DNA of 62,544 bases from a virus (lineage: Duplodnaviria; Caudoviricetes), in the IMG/VR virus record IMGVR_UViG_3300037502_000756, positions 1 to 62,544 of that record. One strand, given 5' to 3'. A model generated the notes under the pieces. The model made no database searches and was not told the DNA's origin. It saw only the letters and a list, made by a program, of their open reading frames with translations. The stretch's first letter is position 1, and the number at the start of each line of letters is the position of its first letter. Positions 52,113-62,498 of this stretch are shown piece after piece. The position numbers and the translations under genes are program-made.

Positions 52113-53681
52113 ATGATGAACGCAGGTCTCGGCGCTATTGCCCCCAATGCCAACCCGATGGCTGCGCAGCCGCAGCCGTTTGAAAAGCTATTGGAGGTTG
52201 ACAGAGCAGTCAAGGCGGTGAATCTCGCCCGTGCCGCTCAAGGAGAGCGGGCGATGGCGCAGGCACAACAGCGGCAGCCCACGGTGTACGAGCAACGGTT
52301 GATGGCGCTGAACCAAGCTCTCGGTGCGTCAGACTACGGCTTCGCTGGTGGTGGGATCGTCGCTTTCGCGGGTGGTGGCGACACCAGCCCGGCAGACCTC
52401 GAAGCTCTCGATGCTGACATCATGGCAGACACGATGTTCGGTTTCGGTACAACTCCTGAAGCAGCGGCGGCGGACGAACTGCGCGTGCAAGCTGCACCGA
52501 CGCTTAAGAGAATCCAGGAACTTGAATCACAGATAAGGGTACTTGAGAGGAGAAGCCCATATAACGCACAGCTACCTCCACTGCGTCAAGAACTGGCTAA
52601 GCTTAAAGGGTCTCTTGCCTCGGTACCCGCTGCCCCTGCGGGTGCTGGTGTTGCTCCTCGCCCTGCCCCTGCGGATACTGGTCCCCTTCCGCCCCTGCCC
52701 GCTTCCGTTCCGCTTAAGAGAATCTCATCCCCGACACCCTCTGCTGGTGGCCCTCCGGGTGCTGGTGCTGGTGCTGGTGGCCCTTCGGGTGTTGGCCCCA
52801 GTGCCAGTGCAGGCCCTGCCCCTGCCGCAGGCCAAATTGACCTATCGAACCTCAGCGCTGCACAAAGAGCCTTGGCGGACCTTGTCGGTCAACGCGGTGC
52901 GGTGTCTCCTGAAGTAGCTGCGGCCCGGGCGGAGTACGACCGCGTATCGCGCACCGCTCTGGACCCTGCTGAACAACAACTCCGCGAGTTGGAGGCACAG
53001 CAAAAGCGTGGGATCTTTGAAGACCCTGAAGCGTTGGCAGCGATGCTGTCGGGTATGAGCGGTGATATGCGCCTTGGTGAGGCGCTGATGGCGATGGGTG
53101 CGGGCGCTGCCAAGACCCGTGCGGGCCGTGAAGCGCGTGTCCGCGATGCCCGGGATAAGCTCGCTCAACTGCGTTCTGATCTGGCGCTGACGCAAGCCCG
53201 GGAGCGTATGGCCCGCGCTGAAGGCGATGACCGCGCAGTGCGTGAAGCCCAGATCAAGCAGGCTGAGATCAAAGCTCAGATCCAAGCTACCTTGGTTGAT
53301 CTGCAGTTTAAGCAGGAGGACCTTGAGGTCAAGCGACGCCAAGTCGGTGCGCAAGAGCGCACTGCCCGAGCTGCGGAGGCTTCCGCTGGCACCCGCGCCG
53401 CAGGCGCTGATGAATCCGCTGAACTCAGGCGCATGCAGACTATGCGTGCAGATCCTAGGTATGCAGGATTGGCGAAAGCCTACGAAGAAGCAGTCGGTCT
53501 TCTGAACACCGCGCCGAACAACCCCAAACTGCAACAACGTGTCCGGGATGCTGAAGCAGCCATCAATAAGCTTGCTCAAGAATACGATGTGGCTAGAATG
53601 AGTCCAACCCCCGGCCCTGCGCCGGGCGCTACCACCCAAACTCAAGGGTGGGGTCAACACCAAGTTGTGCCAAAACCATGA
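52113..53681 (+). CDS. Putative ejection protein (coiled coil, FAGGGIVAFAGGG)
   Basis: Ala-rich coiled coils with a Pro/Gly linker. Confidence 0.65.
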   Translation: MMNAGLGAIAPNANPMAAQPQPFEKLLEVDRAVKAVNLARAAQGERAMAQAQQRQPTVYEQRLMALNQALGASDYGFAGGGIVAFAGGGDTSPADLEALDADIMADTMFGFGTTPEAAAADELRVQAAPTLKRIQELESQIRVLERRSPYNAQLPPLRQELAKLKGSLASVPAAPAGAGVAPRPAPADTGPLPPLPASVPLKRISSPTPSAGGPPGAGAGAGGPSGVGPSASAGPAPAAGQIDLSNLSAAQRALADLVGQRGAVSPEVAAARAEYDRVSRTALDPAEQQLRELEAQQKRGIFEDPEALAAMLSGMSGDMRLGEALMAMGAGAAKTRAGREARVRDARDKLAQLRSDLALTQARERMARAEGDDRAVREAQIKQAEIKAQIQATLVDLQFKQEDLEVKRRQVGAQERTARAAEASAGTRAAGADESAELRRMQTMRADPRYAGLAKAYEEAVGLLNTAPNNPKLQQRVRDAEAAINKLAQEYDVARMSPTPGPAPGATTQTQGWGQHQVVPKP

Positions 53682-56600
53682 CGACCTATCGCATCTCGGC
53701 CCCCAACGGCAAGACCTATCAGATCGAGGGGCCACCGGGTGCGACACGAGAGCAGGTCATCCAAGCGGTGCTGGCGCAGGCACCGGAAGCGGGGCAAGCC
53801 CCCGAGACGACCTTTCTCGGCCAAGTAGGCGAAGCCTTCAAAGGTGTCATCCCCGGTGCGATTGGGCTCGTAGAGCAAGCCGCGATTGGGGCCTCAGCCC
53901 TCCTGCCGCAGGAGCAAGAACGCGCAGCGCGTGAAGCCATCGCTGGGGTAGCTGGCGCTGCCAAGGCACCCTTCGCCCCGGCTCCGGGGTACGAAGGCAC
54001 CGTCGGGCGTAAGTTCGGTGAGGCTGCGGGTTCGTTCATCCCCTTCTTGGGGTTAGGCCCGTTGGGTCTGGCGGGGCGTGCGGGTGCCGTGGGCCTTGGC
54101 GTTGGAGCCGGCGCAGGCGAGGCGCGGACGCGAGCCGAGACCGAGGGTGCCACTGAAGAGCAGCGTGCCGCAGCGACCGCGCTGGGCACCATCCCAGGGG
54201 CCTTGGAAGTCTTCGCCCCGTTCAGGATTCTCAAGCGCATCCCCGAGGGGGAAGTGCTGACGGCGGTGGACCGCGTCAAGCGTGTCGCGCTGGCGGGTGG
54301 TGAAGAAGCCGCTCAGGAAGCTGCGTCGGGCCTTGCCCAGAACATGATTGCCAGAGGGGTCTACAAGCCGGATCAAGCGCTCATCGAGGGTCTTGGCGAG
54401 CAAGCAGCCTACGGCGGTGCCGTGGGTGGTCTGGCGCAGGGTCTTCTTGACTTGGCTCTCGGGCGTCGAGCCCGGGGTGCGGGTGCTGGTGAGCCTGCCC
54501 CGCCCGAAGGCCAGACGGCGATTGACGTTGCCAAGGCACAGCGGGAGCAGGCCAAGGCCGAGCAGGAAGCCGCCCGTGCCGCACCGACCAACACCGCGCA
54601 GGCCACGATTGACGAGACGCTGACGCAGTCAATCTCTGAGGCTTACCCGAAGCTGACGCAGGCAATCGAGGCGCTGAAGCAGCAGCCTGCTACCAAGGAG
54701 CGCAACGAGGCGATCAAAGCTCTGGAGGCTGAGCGTGGGCGCAGGCAACGCGAGGATGCTGAGCAACGTATTGGTGGCAAGCGAGCCGCTGAAGGGTTCC
54801 TCAGCGCCGAGGAGGCAGCGGCAGCGGGTGTATCACCTCGGGAAGAGTTCGATCCCACTCAGGCACGTCGTGAAGAGATCGCTCGACTGCGCCAGCAGCG
54901 TGAAGACACGCTGGTCAACGGCAAGCCCCCGGCACTGAAGAGCCCTGCGCGTCGCAGATTCGATGAGCTTGATGCCCGTCTGCTTGAGATTGGTGGTGGG
55001 CGATGGACGCCGCCCACGGCACCGACGACGCCTACGGCGGAAGCCGAAGAGCCCAAGGTCCGTAAGGCGGGTGCCCCTGCAACCGGCCTGCAGCCCGCCG
55101 ACATTGACACGCTGGGCATCACCAAGAAGCAGCCGATCTACCGACGCATGCTTGGGAAGGACATGCACGACCCCGCGCAGCGGGACGTTGTCCTCGCGGA
55201 CATCGAAAGCTATCTGACCAAGGGTCTGGGTAGCGAGGAGTCGCGTGCCAAGCTGACGGAGTTCAAAGAGCGTTTCGCTGAGCCCACGGTGCCTACGGCA
55301 ACCGTCGCGCCGTCCGTGGTGGCTGCGCCCGAACCGGCACCTGAGGTGCCCACCGCTGCGCCGCCCGTGGCGGCTGCGCCCGAACCGGAGACCCCAAGTG
55401 CTGTCAGAACTGAGCCCGAAACAAGTGGAGCAGGCGCTCCAGTGGCTGGCGAGCCCAGTGCAGGAGCCGCCCCCGCAGGGGCTGGAGAAGCTGAACCAAG
55501 CAGAGTGGTTCCTCTTGAGCCGGATGCTGGACCATCTGCTGCTGGAGAAGGACAGCAACCCGCTGCAGTAACTCCTGCGCCAGAGGCGCAGGCCCCTGCC
55601 AAACTCACCGCCGCCGAACGCGCCGACCTCGTTGAGCAAATCGAGCGGGTATCGGGCAGGATCTCTCAAGACGAGTATGACGCGTTTTATGCACAGCATA
55701 CTGACGCAGAGGGTGAGCGGGTTAAGAACAAGCCTGAGAGTATCAAGGCTGCGCAGGATCTGATTGCTAGATACGCCCCTGCGGAGTTACCAGCGCGTCC
55801 AACTCCAGGCGTTGTGTCGCCCAAACTTACCGATGCAGTAGAAAACGGGGATGCTGAAGGTGCCCTTCGCGCAGTTCGTGAAACGCCTGAGGCTACGCCG
55901 TTAGACCAAGAGATTGCTGGCAGGTTTGCAGGGCTTGGTAGATACCTTGGCCTTCCAAAGATCGAGGTAGCCCCGCAAGAACGCGTCAAAGGCAGCGGAC
56001 AGTATGACCCAGCTACGGATACTATCACTATTGCGGATGGGCAGGTAGATACACATACGGTCTTGCATGAGACTACACACTCCTTTGTCCATAAACTAAT
56101 AGTTGCTAATGAGCAAGGTCTGCGTAATGATGCGGGATACCGTGATCTTAAGAAGCTCTTTGACTTTCTAAACAACAAATACCCTACTCTTTCGCAAGAG
56201 TACGGGATGTCTAGTGTGGCTGAATTCGCATCGGAAGCGATGTCGAATCCGCAGTTTCAGAAAAAGCTAGGCATGATTAGGTACCAGACTCGAAGCGCAT
56301 GGACTGCCTTTGTGCAATCCGTCCGCAAGCTACTCAAGCTCGGTGCCGGAGACAGTTCTGCATTGGTAGAAGCGGTTGCGTCGGTTGATAGCCTACTTCG
56401 CGTTGGACGCGAGTATCAAACTAAGGGTCCAGAAACCGGAGCACCTACGGCAGCGGTGCAGCGCGGTCTTGTCGGAGAAAAAGAAGAGTCCACTCTAAAG
56501 GACAAGCTCGACGCCAAGTTCGGCGGGAACAAAGCTATTGGCTTCCGTGCCAAGGCGATGGACAACCTCGCGGGCGTGGACTATATCTTCACCAAGGCTT

Positions 56601-59113
56601 ACGGCAACCGTATCCGCGACAACCGGGGGGACTACAACCCGGTGTTCCTCATGTCCCGGGCACTGGACGCGCCGCGTTTCGCCAAGGAGGTGCAAGAGTT
56701 CGGCACCATGCGCCGCGACCCCACCGGACTGCTCAGCGTTGACACGCTGAAGTACAAGGATGAGGACATCAGCTACAAGCAGGTGCTGGAGAGCATCGCT
56801 GCTGAGGCCAAGGCCCGGGGCGTCAACCCTGAGACCTTCCTCAAAGACATCGGTGAGTCGCTGGCTGCGCACCGCGAATACGAGCTGATGAACGACCCGC
56901 AGGTCGAGAAAGACATCGAGTTCTTCCTGACGCCCGAGGAAGCCAAGGCAGCGGAAGACGCCTTCCAGGCAGACGCGTTCATCAAGGGAGTGAGCGAGAA
57001 GCTCGACGCCATCCGTTTCGCTCTGATCGACACGATGGTGGACTCCGGGCGCATCACGGCTGAGAAGGCCAAAGAGTGGAAGGAAGCTACGGGCTACATC
57101 CCCTTCTCTCGTATTGATGAGTTCGACAACCTGATGCAGCGCCCCGACGCGCCGTCGAATGTCAAACTCGCAGCGTTCAAGCAGATCAAGGAATTTAAGG
57201 GCTCCAAGGAACGACAGACCGAAAACCCCGTCACGAGGTTCTCCAACCTCATGAATTGGATGGTCAATGAGTCCATGAAGGCAGATGCGGTTGGCACCGC
57301 GCTGTCTGAAATGGAGCTGCTAGGCTACGCTGAGTTCGTCGCTAAACCTGACGCCGTTGACAATAATAAGCGCGGTGCGCTCGTACCGACGTACATCAAG
57401 GGGCAGCGTAAGACCTTCTACGTCCCTGACCCTGCCAACCTCGCGGCGTTTGTGGGTGCACCGACGAACAACATCCCAGGCTTCATCAAGGCTGCTCAGA
57501 AGTTCTCACAGTTCCTGCGCGTCGGTGTGACTGCCACGCCGCCGTTCGCCATCAAGCAGGTGCTGGACGACATTACCCGGGCGTATGTGCACTCCGGGGT
57601 CAAGAACCCTGGGGCGATGCTGCCGCGCATCCTGCTTAACTTCCCTCGAAACTGGTGGAATGAGATCAAGGGTACTCAGTCCGCCGCTGTGAAGGAGCTT
57701 GCCAAGTCAGGCGTGGTGCCTGCCTACGACACCATCGTCGGTGACAACGTCCGAGACATCTTGCAAGAGACCGGGCTCGCACCCCGTTCGGTCGGCAAGG
57801 CGATCATGCGCATCATGGAGGCCGGTGCCAAGGCATCGGACGTGTCTGTGCGTGAGGCGATCTTCAACCAGACGATGAAGGAGACGGGCGACAAAGCGCT
57901 GGCTGAGCTACGCGCCCGGGAGATCATCAACTTCAGCCGCAGGGGCACAGCGCGAACTACCGACTATCTCATCCGCACCATCCCCTTCTTCAACGCCTAT
58001 GCCCGGTCGATGGACAAGCTCCTCCTGGCGGCGGCAGGCAGTCCGAGCGCACAGCGCACCATCGGCGCAACGACGGGCTACGCCCGGAACCTGTTCTACA
58101 AGCGCATGGGCGTGCTGACTGCGATGGGCTTCGCCTACGCACTGCTGATGTCCGACGACGAGGAGTACCAGAACCTGCCTGACCACGTTCGGGATCGCAA
58201 CTGGATTCTCCCGGGCGGCAAGGAACTCGGCTTCGTGCCGGCCATGCCAATACCCGCTGAACTGTCGTTCTTCTTCAAGGCTATTCCTGAACGTGTGGTG
58301 CAGTACTACAAGCTCCAGGGTACCCCCGAGGAGCGCGACGGCATGCGGGTGCTAAAGGAACTGATGCTTTCCGGCGTGGACATCTTCTCGTCCCCCAACA
58401 TCACACCGCAGGTTCTGAAGCCTATTCTTGAGAACCTCGTCAACTACTCGTTCTTCCTTGGTCGGCCACTGGAGTCTCAAGCACAGTTGGCGCTTGATCC
58501 GTCTGAGCGGTACGGCACCGGCACATCGGAGGCGCTGAGAGAGGTCTCGAAGACCATGACGGATATCGCAACGTCAACGGGGATTGAAGCTCTCAAGGTC
58601 TCCCCGATCATGCTGGAGAATTTGGTGCGCGGCATGTTCGGCATGTCTGCTGGCATCGCTCTCAGCGTCGCTGATGTCATGGTCAACCCCACGCGGACTG
58701 ACCGCCCGCTGCATCAAACGCTGACCGCTCAACTCACGGGTGCATCCGCTGTGATGAAAGACCCTGTGGGGATGCGCTTCCTTGACGAGATCTACAACCT
58801 CGACAGGTCTACGGAGCAGGTCTATAACACCTACAACCGCAAGCTCAAGAGCGACCCCGACGACGCGGAGAAGTACCTGAAGTCCAACTTTGGTCTCTAC
58901 GTCGCACGCAGTGAGGTGCGTAGCACGATGGAAGCCATCCGCGAGCTGAACGCCCAGGCACGGGCCATTGACAAGATGACCGACCTGACCCCTGAAGAGC
59001 GCCGCCTGCTCATCAACGATCTGCGCACTCAGCAGAATGACCTCGCCCGGGCTGTGTATCGACTGCGCCGTCAGGTTGCTGAGGAACAGCGCATCATGGA
59101 CGCGAGCCAATAA
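53678..59113 (+). CDS. Large polyvalent internal virion protein (HExxH metallopeptidase plus LPD38-like C-terminus)
   Basis: About 1811 aa. G.YDP..DTI, VLHETTH, EFASEAMSNP.FQ; INFSRRG, IPFFNA, Y..LP...RDRNW, IP.E...FFK. Confidence 0.8.
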   Translation: MTTYRISAPNGKTYQIEGPPGATREQVIQAVLAQAPEAGQAPETTFLGQVGEAFKGVIPGAIGLVEQAAIGASALLPQEQERAAREAIAGVAGAAKAPFAPAPGYEGTVGRKFGEAAGSFIPFLGLGPLGLAGRAGAVGLGVGAGAGEARTRAETEGATEEQRAAATALGTIPGALEVFAPFRILKRIPEGEVLTAVDRVKRVALAGGEEAAQEAASGLAQNMIARGVYKPDQALIEGLGEQAAYGGAVGGLAQGLLDLALGRRARGAGAGEPAPPEGQTAIDVAKAQREQAKAEQEAARAAPTNTAQATIDETLTQSISEAYPKLTQAIEALKQQPATKERNEAIKALEAERGRRQREDAEQRIGGKRAAEGFLSAEEAAAAGVSPREEFDPTQARREEIARLRQQREDTLVNGKPPALKSPARRRFDELDARLLEIGGGRWTPPTAPTTPTAEAEEPKVRKAGAPATGLQPADIDTLGITKKQPIYRRMLGKDMHDPAQRDVVLADIESYLTKGLGSEESRAKLTEFKERFAEPTVPTATVAPSVVAAPEPAPEVPTAAPPVAAAPEPETPSAVRTEPETSGAGAPVAGEPSAGAAPAGAGEAEPSRVVPLEPDAGPSAAGEGQQPAAVTPAPEAQAPAKLTAAERADLVEQIERVSGRISQDEYDAFYAQHTDAEGERVKNKPESIKAAQDLIARYAPAELPARPTPGVVSPKLTDAVENGDAEGALRAVRETPEATPLDQEIAGRFAGLGRYLGLPKIEVAPQERVKGSGQYDPATDTITIADGQVDTHTVLHETTHSFVHKLIVANEQGLRNDAGYRDLKKLFDFLNNKYPTLSQEYGMSSVAEFASEAMSNPQFQKKLGMIRYQTRSAWTAFVQSVRKLLKLGAGDSSALVEAVASVDSLLRVGREYQTKGPETGAPTAAVQRGLVGEKEESTLKDKLDAKFGGNKAIGFRAKAMDNLAGVDYIFTKAYGNRIRDNRGDYNPVFLMSRALDAPRFAKEVQEFGTMRRDPTGLLSVDTLKYKDEDISYKQVLESIAAEAKARGVNPETFLKDIGESLAAHREYELMNDPQVEKDIEFFLTPEEAKAAEDAFQADAFIKGVSEKLDAIRFALIDTMVDSGRITAEKAKEWKEATGYIPFSRIDEFDNLMQRPDAPSNVKLAAFKQIKEFKGSKERQTENPVTRFSNLMNWMVNESMKADAVGTALSEMELLGYAEFVAKPDAVDNNKRGALVPTYIKGQRKTFYVPDPANLAAFVGAPTNNIPGFIKAAQKFSQFLRVGVTATPPFAIKQVLDDITRAYVHSGVKNPGAMLPRILLNFPRNWWNEIKGTQSAAVKELAKSGVVPAYDTIVGDNVRDILQETGLAPRSVGKAIMRIMEAGAKASDVSVREAIFNQTMKETGDKALAELRAREIINFSRRGTARTTDYLIRTIPFFNAYARSMDKLLLAAAGSPSAQRTIGATTGYARNLFYKRMGVLTAMGFAYALLMSDDEEYQNLPDHVRDRNWILPGGKELGFVPAMPIPAELSFFFKAIPERVVQYYKLQGTPEERDGMRVLKELMLSGVDIFSSPNITPQVLKPILENLVNYSFFLGRPLESQAQLALDPSERYGTGTSEALREVSKTMTDIATSTGIEALKVSPIMLENLVRGMFGMSAGIALSVADVMVNPTRTDRPLHQTLTAQLTGASAVMKDPVGMRFLDEIYNLDRSTEQVYNTYNRKLKSDPDDAEKYLKSNFGLYVARSEVRSTMEAIRELNAQARAIDKMTDLTPEERRLLINDLRTQQNDLARAVYRLRRQVAEEQRIMDASQ

Positions 59114-59148
59114 AAAGAGCCCCCGGGGAGCAAGCTCAACCCGGGGGC
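59112..59148. terminator. Hairpin terminator between the convergent arms
   Basis: GCCCCCGGG..CCCGGGGGC stem preceded by AAAAAGA, which is a T-tract on the minus strand. Confidence 0.65.
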
Positions 59149-59192
59149 CAACACAGGAGGGAGATGCTGGCCGTCATGCACCAGCGGCGCGA

Positions 59193-59435
59193 CTATAGCA
59201 CCCTCCAGACCCTGATGCCAAGCAGGTCAGCCTCGATCCGCTCTTGGTACACCATCTGCATGCCGCGCTGCGCATAGTGGGCCTTGACCTCCTCGGCAAG
59301 GTACTTGGGCTTCAGCGTCGGCAAGAAGAAACTCTGGCCCGGTGCCAACCACTCCGGGAGTCGGTACTCAGCCCCGTTGTGCACCAGTCGGCTGTCAACC
59401 AGCCGAGGTGGCTTCGAGGGGGAAGTCTTGGGCAT
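59193..59435 (-). CDS. Small protein related to 11264-11515 (G.SF..P...G.RVWR)
   Basis: PGQSFFLP...LGIRVWRVL. Confidence 0.55.
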   Translation of the reverse strand: MPKTSPSKPPRLVDSRLVHNGAEYRLPEWLAPGQSFFLPTLKPKYLAEEVKAHYAQRGMQMVYQERIEADLLGIRVWRVL

Positions 59436-62208
59436 CGAGGTTCAGGTGCTTCTTGGCCTCGGTGAATTGGATGACATCGACAACGCCGAAGTCCGCACGC
59501 CAGCCAGCACCCATCCGCTTCTTGGTGATTGTCATCTCACCACCAGTCTCCTGCTTGTACGAGCCGTACAACTCCTTTACGTTGATGAAACTCTGAGCGC
59601 ACCACTTGGTGAACTCTTTCTTGGAGATAAACAGTGCATCGCTGTCAGGCTCGTAGCGGATCAGCAACTCACCCAGCGGCTCAAGGATCGGCCTGTCGTT
59701 GATACCCACAGCAGTGGGCTTCTTGTTGATAATTAGCACGTTGCGGATGTTCTTGTTGATGTAGGTCGCCACGGTGCCAACTGTCGAGGTCGCGGACATC
59801 TCTTGTTCAAACGTCGCCTGCTTTACGCACTTCAGGAGTTTCTCCATAATGCGACTGACGTTGAACTTGACAAGCCCAAGGCTATTGACTATCAACCCAG
59901 CGGTAACGATACACACCACGTTGTTCAGCTTGAAACGCTCAGTCTGAGTCCATTGGCCCTTAGAGTAAATTGCGTCCCGTGTGTTTTCCCAAACGGTCCT
60001 AACTTGATCTAAGTTCGGGATGATATAGCGGAGGAAGACGTCAGCGGCATGACCGTAGTTATCGAGCAGTGCATTGAAGAGCTTCTGCTTCTCTAGCACG
60101 TCAGAGGGAACGGGTGTACGGAGGTGGATTTCGAGGATACGCGCCAGTTCTCCCGCTGGGTCGCTCTTGATCATCAACAGTCGGTCCTCAACGGAGGAGT
60201 TGCTAGACCAGATAGACATCTGCTTCCAGCGTATATTGTTGACACGCTCTGCGTTGCGTCCCGCCTCCATGCGATCACGACCACGCCCCTGCGTGTTGTT
60301 GTAGACCAGATCCGACAGTTCATGCGGGTCGGCGTTGGTCATCTCATCCAGGGTGCCGACAATGCCGTTCATCAGCCCGAGCCGGTGCACCTTGGTCAGG
60401 GTCTTGTCTTGTGCATCCTTCATCAGAGACATGGGGTCTCCGAAGATCGAAAGCGCCATCCGCAGGATGGTCGTCTTGCCGGTGCCCGAGCGCTTGGAAT
60501 AGAAGTTGATGATGCCGCCGTTTTCAGGCGACAAGTTCATCAGCACACTGCCGAACCCTGCGAGCAAACCCGCCGCATGGTAGTCCATGTCAGGGTGGTC
60601 GTATTGCTGCGCAATCTCAGTCCACTTCTCCAGGGTGCCCTTGGGGGTGAACCACGGCACGTAGTGCTCGACAGGCTTGGCTACGGGGGTGTAGACCACA
60701 CCCCGCTTGGTGTACTCACGGTTGCCGACGACGAAAGTGTTGTCCTGTGTCCAGCCGAATCTTGTACGCATATTGTCAGCTTTCTCTTTGAACTGAAGGT
60801 CTCGGATCATCAGCCCGAACATCTGCTGCAGCGCTATGAGTTGCTTAGGCTCAAACGCGATGACTCCCTCCCGGTTCACTGCCTCCCTGAATTTGTCTGA
60901 CGCTGCGATCTCGCTTTGGAGGAGACTGAACTCACGAATGTCGCCGTGGGGAAGATGGTGCCTAACCCACAGCGTATCTCCCCCGCCCGTTGTGTCACGC
61001 ATGCGTTTGTAGATATAGACATCGTGGTCGTAGATCTTGACGCGCCTAGCGTCGTTTTCAAACTTGACCTCTTGATACACACCGCCGTGGGTACCACGGA
61101 AGAAGGGCCAAGGGTAAGCAGGGATCTCGATGGTGCCGTCAGCACTCTCCACTTGCACGGGCTCAGGCGGTGCTACTTTGATCTCAGAGCCCAGTTGGAT
61201 CGGGGACTTGATCTTGCCGAGGTGCGGGCACCCGGCGCAGAGCTTTGCGTTGTCGAGTCCTTGAAAGGTCTCACAGGTATAGGGGCCCTTGGTCAGTGCA
61301 GCTTTGCGCTCAGTCTCCTCAGGGCTGTAGTTGGGGTGGTTCTTCGATATGTCATGTATGGCCCAGTCCCGGTCTTCACAGTGCTGAGCAATCGACAGCA
61401 CAGCACGCCACACGGGCTCAGGGGTGGACTCTTGGTTCTTCGCCGCCTCAGCAATCTGCGCACAGCCTTCACCGTTGTTGGACTTGATCCAGATAGTCTC
61501 GAACTTGCTGACCCGGTTGGGGTCGATGTAGAGCTTCTTGGTCTCGTCGGACACGCCACCCGACAGCGCACGGGCTTGAGCAAACATGTCCACCTCGGGG
61601 GCACCGAGGGCATCACGGATGGACTCGAAGGCGTGGTACTTGACCGGCGTGAGCAGGGCGACAGGGCTGTCATTCTTCCGGTTTAGGGTACCGGGGATGC
61701 GCAGTACCCGAACGATGTCGGCGGTGCACGCGCCGTCAACTTCAAAACCTTCTTTGACACAACGGGCCTTCAGGGCTTCGGCTGTCGCCTTCCACTCATG
61801 GATCGGTGCCGGGTCTTGGAGATACCAGTGTGCGTGAATGCCATTACCTGAGTCGATCAGCGTGGGCTTCGGTAGACCTACTGTCTTACAAAACTCACGT
61901 AGAGCTGTAAGGCCAGCGGCCTTATTAGCATGGGGCTTCTTAGGCCCGCAATCTACATCGACATAGAACTCCCTCTTGGCGACTGCGTTGTCAGCGTCGG
62001 CTTCCTTGGCTGCACCGAAGCCTGCAGTAGCGTAATAGACATCCCACCCGTTATTGTTAAATTCTTCTACCGCATCCGCCATATCAGCAGCGGACGTGTA
62101 CATGCGGTTGTATACCAGAGCTTCTTTAAGCGGGATCTTCTTGACTAGCCTGAGGGAGTATCGCGTGCCATGTGGTAGTACGTTCTCAAGGAACTCTTGT
62201 GGAGACAT
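59395..62208 (-). CDS. Primase-helicase (RepB/AEP-type primase, Cys cluster, DUF927, P-loop helicase)
   Basis: VDVDCG, SGNGIHAHW, RVLRIPGTLN; PYTC...C..CPH; FGW...F..G; SGTGKTT; LDE. Confidence 0.9.
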   Translation of the reverse strand: MSPQEFLENVLPHGTRYSLRLVKKIPLKEALVYNRMYTSAADMADAVEEFNNNGWDVYYATAGFGAAKEADADNAVAKREFYVDVDCGPKKPHANKAAGLTALREFCKTVGLPKPTLIDSGNGIHAHWYLQDPAPIHEWKATAEALKARCVKEGFEVDGACTADIVRVLRIPGTLNRKNDSPVALLTPVKYHAFESIRDALGAPEVDMFAQARALSGGVSDETKKLYIDPNRVSKFETIWIKSNNGEGCAQIAEAAKNQESTPEPVWRAVLSIAQHCEDRDWAIHDISKNHPNYSPEETERKAALTKGPYTCETFQGLDNAKLCAGCPHLGKIKSPIQLGSEIKVAPPEPVQVESADGTIEIPAYPWPFFRGTHGGVYQEVKFENDARRVKIYDHDVYIYKRMRDTTGGGDTLWVRHHLPHGDIREFSLLQSEIAASDKFREAVNREGVIAFEPKQLIALQQMFGLMIRDLQFKEKADNMRTRFGWTQDNTFVVGNREYTKRGVVYTPVAKPVEHYVPWFTPKGTLEKWTEIAQQYDHPDMDYHAAGLLAGFGSVLMNLSPENGGIINFYSKRSGTGKTTILRMALSIFGDPMSLMKDAQDKTLTKVHRLGLMNGIVGTLDEMTNADPHELSDLVYNNTQGRGRDRMEAGRNAERVNNIRWKQMSIWSSNSSVEDRLLMIKSDPAGELARILEIHLRTPVPSDVLEKQKLFNALLDNYGHAADVFLRYIIPNLDQVRTVWENTRDAIYSKGQWTQTERFKLNNVVCIVTAGLIVNSLGLVKFNVSRIMEKLLKCVKQATFEQEMSATSTVGTVATYINKNIRNVLIINKKPTAVGINDRPILEPLGELLIRYEPDSDALFISKKEFTKWCAQSFINVKELYGSYKQETGGEMTITKKRMGAGWRADFGVVDVIQFTEAKKHLNLDAQDFPLEATSAG

Positions 62209-62267
62209 GGGGACACGGGGTTAGCCACGGACGCGGCGAGCGTCATGGACGGTGCATAGATGCCCGG

Positions 62268-62498
62268 TCAGGGCAAGGCGAGGGTCGAACGGTAATACGC
62301 TTCGACCTTGGGGCGCAAGTGCTTCGAGACATCGCGCCGGCCTGAGAACCACGAGTAGACCGCTGCCTTGGTCACGCCCAAATCTGCAGCTATCCGGTTG
62401 ACAGGGACGAGCTTGTAAATGCACAGGCGACCAAGCTGCACACCGAGCAGGCTCGGGTCAGCGTCGGCGTTGCGCCGGATGATCTTTGTGGTGTACAT
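62268..62498 (-). CDS. Cro/XRE-like HTH regulator
   Basis: VNRIAADLGVTKAAVYSWFSG. Confidence 0.8.
   Translation of the reverse strand: MYTTKIIRRNADADPSLLGVQLGRLCIYKLVPVNRIAADLGVTKAAVYSWFSGRRDVSKHLRPKVEAYYRSTLALP

Noticed and set aside
51780-53681. Single gene split by a premature stop, or stop-codon reassignment
   Set aside because: The two ORFs are in frame (TAA ATC ATG), but the second has its own GGA RBS-like sequence and a similar QPTV.E motif. Core genes read normally with the standard code.
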